A stretch of DNA of 64,000 nt from Nemertoderma westbladi (taxonomy: Eukaryota; Animalia; Xenacoelomorpha), in contig JAUCBJ010008450.1 of assembly GCA_032718475.1 (NCBI GenBank), forward strand, positions 62,001-126,000. The letters are read 5' to 3'. Below are positions 57,764-64,000 of the stretch, piece after piece (the first letter of the stretch is position 1; each line of letters starts with the position of its first letter). Both the position numbers and the translations under genes were made by a program. The notes under the pieces are model-generated. The model was not told where the DNA came from. It saw only the letters and a program-made list of their open reading frames with translations, and ran no database searches.

Positions 57764-57989
57764 TATAATTAATAATAAGTAACCTACTAAATAGTTTAAC
57801 ATGGCAACATTAGCTAATAGGCGTAGAGGCCTAAAGTTCTTTATAACTAAATTTATGGATATTTCAAATGATGGTGTTTCTTTGATTGAATTACAATCAA
57901 AATTATTATCAATAAAATAGAGACTGACAATGATAAAACATATAGATGAGCACATTTTTTCCTTTGCTTCAATTGCAAGATCTAATTAA

Positions 57990-58275
57990 TCATAAACCTG
58001 GAAATTCATCATCTTCATCTGCTTGTTTGGCACCAACGGCTGTAAAACATGAGAAAAAATCCAAACTTCCTAAATTGGTATTGAATAAATTTGGTGGAAA
58101 AATTATTAAATATCAAGGTTTTAAGGAAGCATTTAATTCTGCAATTGGAGATGATTCTGGTTTAAATAACGTTGATAAATTAAATTATCTCCAAACACTT
58201 TTGGAAGGCCCACCACTTTTAGCTATTCAAGGTTTATCACTCAATGGAAATAATTATATTGTTGCAATTGTACAG
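57990..58275 (+). mobile_element. BEL/Pao gag (DUF1759-like) fragment
   Basis: KLPKLVLNKFGG...FKEAFNSAI...LNNVDKLNYLQTLLEGP...IQGL...NY. Confidence 0.85.
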
Positions 58276-58301
58276 TACTCATGTTTACACAGTTGTTAAT
58301 A

Positions 58302-60502
58302 TCGTGGTGATGGGATATTATATGCAACAATGTATCATGTATTACCTAATTAGTGAGTAACCAGCTGGACGACTGTACATACACACTACCGTATATTAGG
58401 AATAAGCAAGATAGCAGAAGGGTAATTTTAATATACAGGAACTAATTGATTTAACATTATCTGATTCATTTCATTTACATATTAATCTGAACATGGCGCA
58501 GCGTTCATTGAACCCTACCATTACATCAATTATTATAACTATACAATAATTTTGTTACATCTAAATATGAACTTTAATTGTTTATTGTAACTGGTATTTA
58601 AATATGGAGAAACTCACTTATGCAACAACTCACACGCGGTGTATTTCGGCCTAGTAAATTCCGCTCGGCGTTGTTTTGATGATGCTTACAACGAACTAAC
58701 TCAGACCAACATCGCAACTGCAACAATTGAACTCATAGAATCACTCAGCGGAAAAGCAGATGCCTATCGCCGAGCCGCGGACTGTTATAACAACGCCCAT
58801 TTTGAAGTTCTCTGCATGGAACCTAGTGATGAAAGTGACAATGATACTAAACGTGCAGAAAATATTAACAAATACACATTCCAGATTGATATGATTGTAT
58901 CAAGCATACGACGCGAATTCGAAATGGCTAACAATAATATCGATACAACCCAGAATCTATCACCTTGCCCACGCCCTGGTGCTTCAATACACATAGAAAG
59001 GAGTAGCCAACCAAGCCCTCTGACCCCACCACTGTCACTATCCCACTATAAATCATGGCGAACAAAATTTGGCGATTATTACACTATGAATCACATGAAT
59101 GCCATGGACAACAATGATCAGTTAAGTCACCTTCGATCTTGTGTCTCTGAGGATATGCTTTCGAAAATGAGATATACTCTCGGTATACCGATAAATACCA
59201 CTATGTTGTGAATAATATACTAGATAAGCTAGTATTATTTAACAGAAAAGGTGAGTCTTGCCAGGAGGCGATGTGACTTCGACAGCTGTTCCCAAACACC
59301 AGGTGAATCATTTGAAGCCTTTTTTGAAAGGCTCATGAAATTATAGGAGCTCACCGAAATCTCCACAACAGGTTGCTCATGTGCAGCAATCACCTAGTCA
59401 CGCGCTTCATGTGTGGCATAAATAACACCGCACTTCAAAGAAAACTCTTCGCACTGTATAAAAACCAACTGACAATTGAATCTGTAAAGGCTGTATGCAT
59501 CGCATTTGCATGGGGTAATATAGAGACTGCCGCACTGTCAAAAATATCTAACAATGGGACACTGTTCCATACAGTCGATGGTGATGTCAACCAAAGTTCA
59601 ACAGAAGAAACACAAGCTCTTCAAGTTCTTCAACAACTACCAATGAAAAATATCAAACATTTTCCAAACCCCCAAAAAAGTGGTACCCATGAAGCCAATC
59701 GTTCCAGATGTCCAGCCAGTGGACATCTGGAAGCGTTTCAAATCTGGCAAAATAGGACATTCAAGTAAAGCCTGTAAATCGTCATCATATCAAAATAAAA
59801 CGCAGCAAATACAACAGCAACCATCTTATACCGATGATTCCTCAACAATGGTTGCTCACCATTTCATCGGCAAGGTATCAACAAAAGGAAAAGAGCCTAA
59901 TGTAGAGTATATATACAGTACCTCAAATTATTCATATAACACATGACATTTCCGATAAATCAACGCTAAGAATCGCACAGCAAGCACCTATGGCAAACAT
60001 AATAGTAAATCACAAAGACATAACATTTGGCTGCAAAGCACTATCAGACACAGGTGCAGACGCACCAATTATCCCCTACACACTTCTCAACCAATACGGG
60101 TTATAAACCGTGATTGACAAGAAGTACATTCCCAAAATTTATGCTGCTAACAAGCAACTAATTCATGCATATGGGACGATAAAATTAAACATAAAGTACT
60201 ACGGCACAAATGTTGACATCGTTGCGATTGTTACAAAAATCGGATCAACATTCATCATAACTTGGTTTGCCTTAAAAGAACTGAAAATTCCTATGGAAAT
60301 ACATCTAAAACCAGGAGCCAAGCCTTTTAAAGTTCTAACTGCCCGCAAAATTCCTGTGAGGCCGATACCAAAGCCGAATTAGTTAAAATGGTTGAACTAA
60401 ACATTATTAAAAAAGTAAAACTTGTTGAAGGTCAACCACCTCCAGAGTGGGTAGCGCCTATGGTGGTCATTCAAAAACCCCATGGAGGGGTTCGCGTTCG
60501 CA
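58302..60502 (+). mobile_element. Decayed Gypsy (Mag-like) element, 5' part: LTR, PBS, gag, protease, RT start
   Basis: ...ctgaaca followed by PBS TGGCGCAGCG (58494); gag QTPGESFEAFFERL and knuckle RCPA...KIGHSSKAC; protease ALSDTGAD (~60038); RT start EWVAPMVVIQKPHGGVR. Confidence 0.8.
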
Positions 60503-62154
60503 TATTTGGGATGCTATATTGGAATCAAGTTATTCAAAAATAACTCTTCATTCTTCAATAAATAAAATCTAAAAACTAAATCTTCAATCAGCAAGCTTCC
60601 TCTCATTCAAAAAAGAGCTTACAACTTTTCTTTCACTTTCCCAATCCTCAATATCATATTAAGGGCCGACCCCCCCCCCCCCCCCCCCCCCCCAACCAGA
60701 ATAAACCAGAGTAAACCAGAAGTAGGCGTACTAAAGTAGGCTATTTAATGTGCAACTCTCAGACTGTAATCATTTCTATCTTTGTACTTTCTGCCTTTTA
60801 TTAAAACTTATTAAGAAAAGAAACAAACAATTTTGTATTTTGCAATAGACCAAAACATAAGTTGGCGGATTAAACATGAAATAAAATATTAACATCTGTA
60901 AAAGCTTTTGTGGGATAACTGATTCGTTTGCCTTGTTGGCCAGTTCCCCCCCGGTCGCTAGAATACTCTAAAGGGATCTATAGCTAAAAATAGTGCAAGC
61001 TACCAGCTTATTGGCTGATTTGCTGTACGCAGGTATCTGGGCTCTGTTTAATCGGCCAACCAGCCTAGGGAGGTTGCGTCATAGCCTTGTTTTTGTATCT
61101 CCCAATAGAATTTGAGTTAGCCTTGATTTTGACCTATCACAGAGCTACTGAACTGAAATTTTCCTATCTCACTGCTCTTTCTCTGTGTTGAACGGGAGCT
61201 TCGTGGAATAAGGGTAGTTGGTATCCTCGTATAGAGAGTAGTCACGAGTTTTTCAAAGCCACGAAAGAACGGCTTTTTAGTGTTTTGTGCTTTCTGCTTT
61301 TTAGCTCAACACTAGTAGGTTTAATTATAAGGACATATATCCTTTAACTGCAATTTCGTAATCACTGGCGGCTGTGAATATCACTGGCTTTTAATCACTT
61401 GAATATCTCACTGCTAAAAATTACCTGCTCAATCAATACTGTATACTGCTATTTGTTGTCGGTTATTCATTATATTTGTTGATGAATTATTATATTGGAA
61501 TAACGAGAAATAACCCCGAAAACCCAATATTCTTGATATACCGAAGGTAAGAGAGAAAGGTTACCAATAACGATTGTGACTTATGTTAAAGTGGTTTGAA
61601 GTGAATCTAATGTTATTTGATAGACCCTACATGAGTCAGTCTGTGTTCCTTTTATATGTGACTAAAATCAGTGAAGATTGGCAGATTAGTGTGCAGTATT
61701 GTGCAGCATTGTGTACGAGTGAGTCTGTTAAAGAAGCATTTCCTAAAGAATGCGCCATATATGTGAATTATAATTAAGCCATATCGTTGTGAGTAGTTTA
61801 AGTCATAACTCTGTTTATATAAATAAAGCACCACGTCCTAAAGGAACTGTTAATATTCCCGAAGGTGAATAATATTGTCAGAGATTATATAATACTGTCA
61901 GTCGAATAATACATTAGGCTTACATAGCAATAAAAATTAAACCGTCGAACCCAATCTCCCGGGAATATCCAGCGGGTGAATGATCGCGCACAGATTGGTT
62001 TCGACTAGTGTAGTGAATCAAATACTTGTCATAGGCTAAAAAGCGATTTAATATCTAGAAGACATCTTAATTTGGCGGGTTAAACTGCCAAAGGTCTGAA
62101 AGCGCGAACATTAAAGGATATAGCTTCTTTATTGCAGTAAGCAATAAAGTTGAA

Positions 62155-62305
62155 AGTACCGGTCAACCGGTAAACCTGAACCGGTACATCTGTAGGTCAG
62201 TAGGCCCAACTGCCAGAACCGGTACTGCCGTAGGTCCGTAGGTCCAACTGCCAGAACCGGTACTTCTGTAGGTCCGTAGGCCTAGCTGTCCTAACCGGTA
62301 CTTCC
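62155..62305. repeat. ~37-bp tandem repeat x4
   Basis: aaccggtac...gtaggtc.gtagg.ccaactgccag. Confidence 0.75.
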
Positions 62306-62481
62306 GTATAAGTACACTAGTATTATTCGATTTGATTGTTGCATACCGGTAGGCTGTTAAGGGATTAGGGATTGATCACCCCTTATTCCTTTATATGGTT
62401 TACTTATTTCTGTCAAGTTTTATTTATTTGTAGGCCAGTATTGAACAGAAGGCGTATAAACCTGATCAGATTGTACAGACG

Positions 62482-63050
62482 ATTTGTAGGCTGAGCTGTT
62501 GTCTGATTGCTGTTAAGTCTGAACGGATTGCAGTGTATGTAGATCACCTGTCTGATTAAGTACGGTTAGGAAGTAGGGGCAGCGAATGCTGTAAGGTAAA
62601 CCCCCAACTAAAGAATAAGTCGTACTACTGGGTTAGAACGCATACTCCCTAATCATTTCGGAGTCTGCATGTCCTGTATTTTATTTAGGCTTGAGAGTAG
62701 TCTGCCATCGTTTAGTCTGTACTTTGTTTGTGTAAGTCTGTACGGGTAGCGTATAATATTTATTTAGATAATTTGTAGGCTGGATAGTTGTCTGGCTGTT
62801 ATTAGGCCTGAGCGGATTGCAGCGTGTGTAGATCACTTGTCCGATAAAGAACGGTTAGGAAGTAGGGGCAGCGAATGCTGTAAGGTAAACCCCCAATTAA
62901 AGAATAAGTTGTACTACTGGGTTAGAACGCATACTACCTAATTATTTCGGAGTCTGCATATACCGTAGTTTGTTTAGGCTTGATAGTAGTCTGTCAGTGT
63001 TCGGTCTGCATTTTGTTTGAGTAGTTTGTACGCGTAGCGTAATATTTATT
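62482..63050. repeat. ~289-bp tandem duplication
   Basis: atttgtaggctg...acggttaggaagtaggggcagcgaatgctgtaaggtaaacccccaa... at 62482 and 62771. Confidence 0.85.
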
Positions 63051-64000
63051 ATTCAGAGTTTATGCGATTATCCGCAACATTCATTCCCCAAGTTTGTTCC
63101 TACAGTAATTGTGTTTGTTATACATACCGCTATAGTTAAATTAACCCCGGTACTACACGGGCTGCTTGGCGTAGGTAAAGACTGGTGATTTTGTGCATCG
63201 GTCACTCCAGCAGATGCCGTGGTTCTTTTAGCTATTCAAGTATATTTAACTACTGATTATATGTTATACAAGTACTCGTACCTAATTTAGGGTTTAGTGT
63301 ACAGTGCTTTCCGAAAGTAATTAGTGTAGGCATTATATTTGTGTTGTAAAGTGGTTGATAGGCACGTTCGATTAGCTCTATTAACTTCTAGGTAGGAACA
63401 CTCCGTGATACATAACGTAGAACCTATAGCGATACGGCTATAGGTCGTCAGGCGGTGGTATTTTTCTATCTGGACAACGCAGTGTATTTACTACTACTTA
63501 TTATTTCAAATACCGTAGTACCCTGTCCGTTGTAATAACCAGAATTCTAACCCTTTGTTAGGCTGGTTTGTAGACTTCTTGTAAAATTACCCTGAAATTC
63601 GTATTTTGCGTTTTTGTAAATTTTTGTGTTTAGTTAGAGATTGTAATCTCACCCGAATTGTACGTAATTTGTAGTATTAAGTAACTCAGGTAAATTAGAA
63701 TCATTTGTTTTAGTGTCCTATAAGTAACACTTCACTGAAAGCGCACCGCTTTGTGTAGTGATTACTCCCCAGAAATAATAACATTTATTTCAAACATTGA
63801 CAAAACCCATTAAAACGGGTATATATATATTATAAATCAAATCTAACGATTTATAAATAGTAGGCCTACCATATAACAATTAGGTCTCAATATCAGTTGG
63901 ACTACTGCTTAAATAACGGTAATAAAGTAAGTTAAAGTAACCAAGTAACCCTAAAGTTCAGAAATTCAATTATTCTAAAATAATTGATATACCGGTATTT

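Noticed and set aside
53340-60502. Single Gypsy element spanning both fragments
   Set aside because: The 3' piece lies upstream of the 5' piece, the LTRs are not clearly alike, and a host exon lies between them.
54176-64000. Next crystallin exon
   Set aside because: No phase-2 acceptor followed by a Greek-key motif was found by eye; it is probably beyond the window.

Overview
Eukaryotic (invertebrate-type) genomic DNA made mostly of nested transposable elements, with one host gene running through it. Eight short + strand exons (15339-54175) with GT-AG boundaries and mutually compatible phases splice into an uninterrupted ~370-aa stretch of a multi-domain beta/gamma-crystallin protein. Its first and last exons were not found in the window. 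Positions 1-14170 are a decayed BEL/Pao LTR retrotransposon whose gag zinc-knuckle region is split by a very young 8.3-kb BEL/Pao-type element (539-bp LTRs with one visible mismatch, GGGCA TSD). The young element encodes only Gag plus protease plus a C-terminal hydrophobic segment. It also has a probable 32-nt intron, a 3' hairpin-repeat array, and no tRNA PBS but a Tf1-like self-priming signature, which the host element shares. A near-complete CR1/L2-group LINE (27075-33104) has an intact ORF2 that begins with a ~300-aa multi-pass hydrophobic domain followed by a 2A-like NPGP motif, and it is flanked by a 131-bp target duplication. The rest comprises RTE, RTEX, CR1, Penelope, CRE-like, Gypsy, DIRS/YR and EnSpm relics, two related foldback MITEs, SINEs and minisatellites. 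All calls come from reading motifs by eye; no database searches were run.
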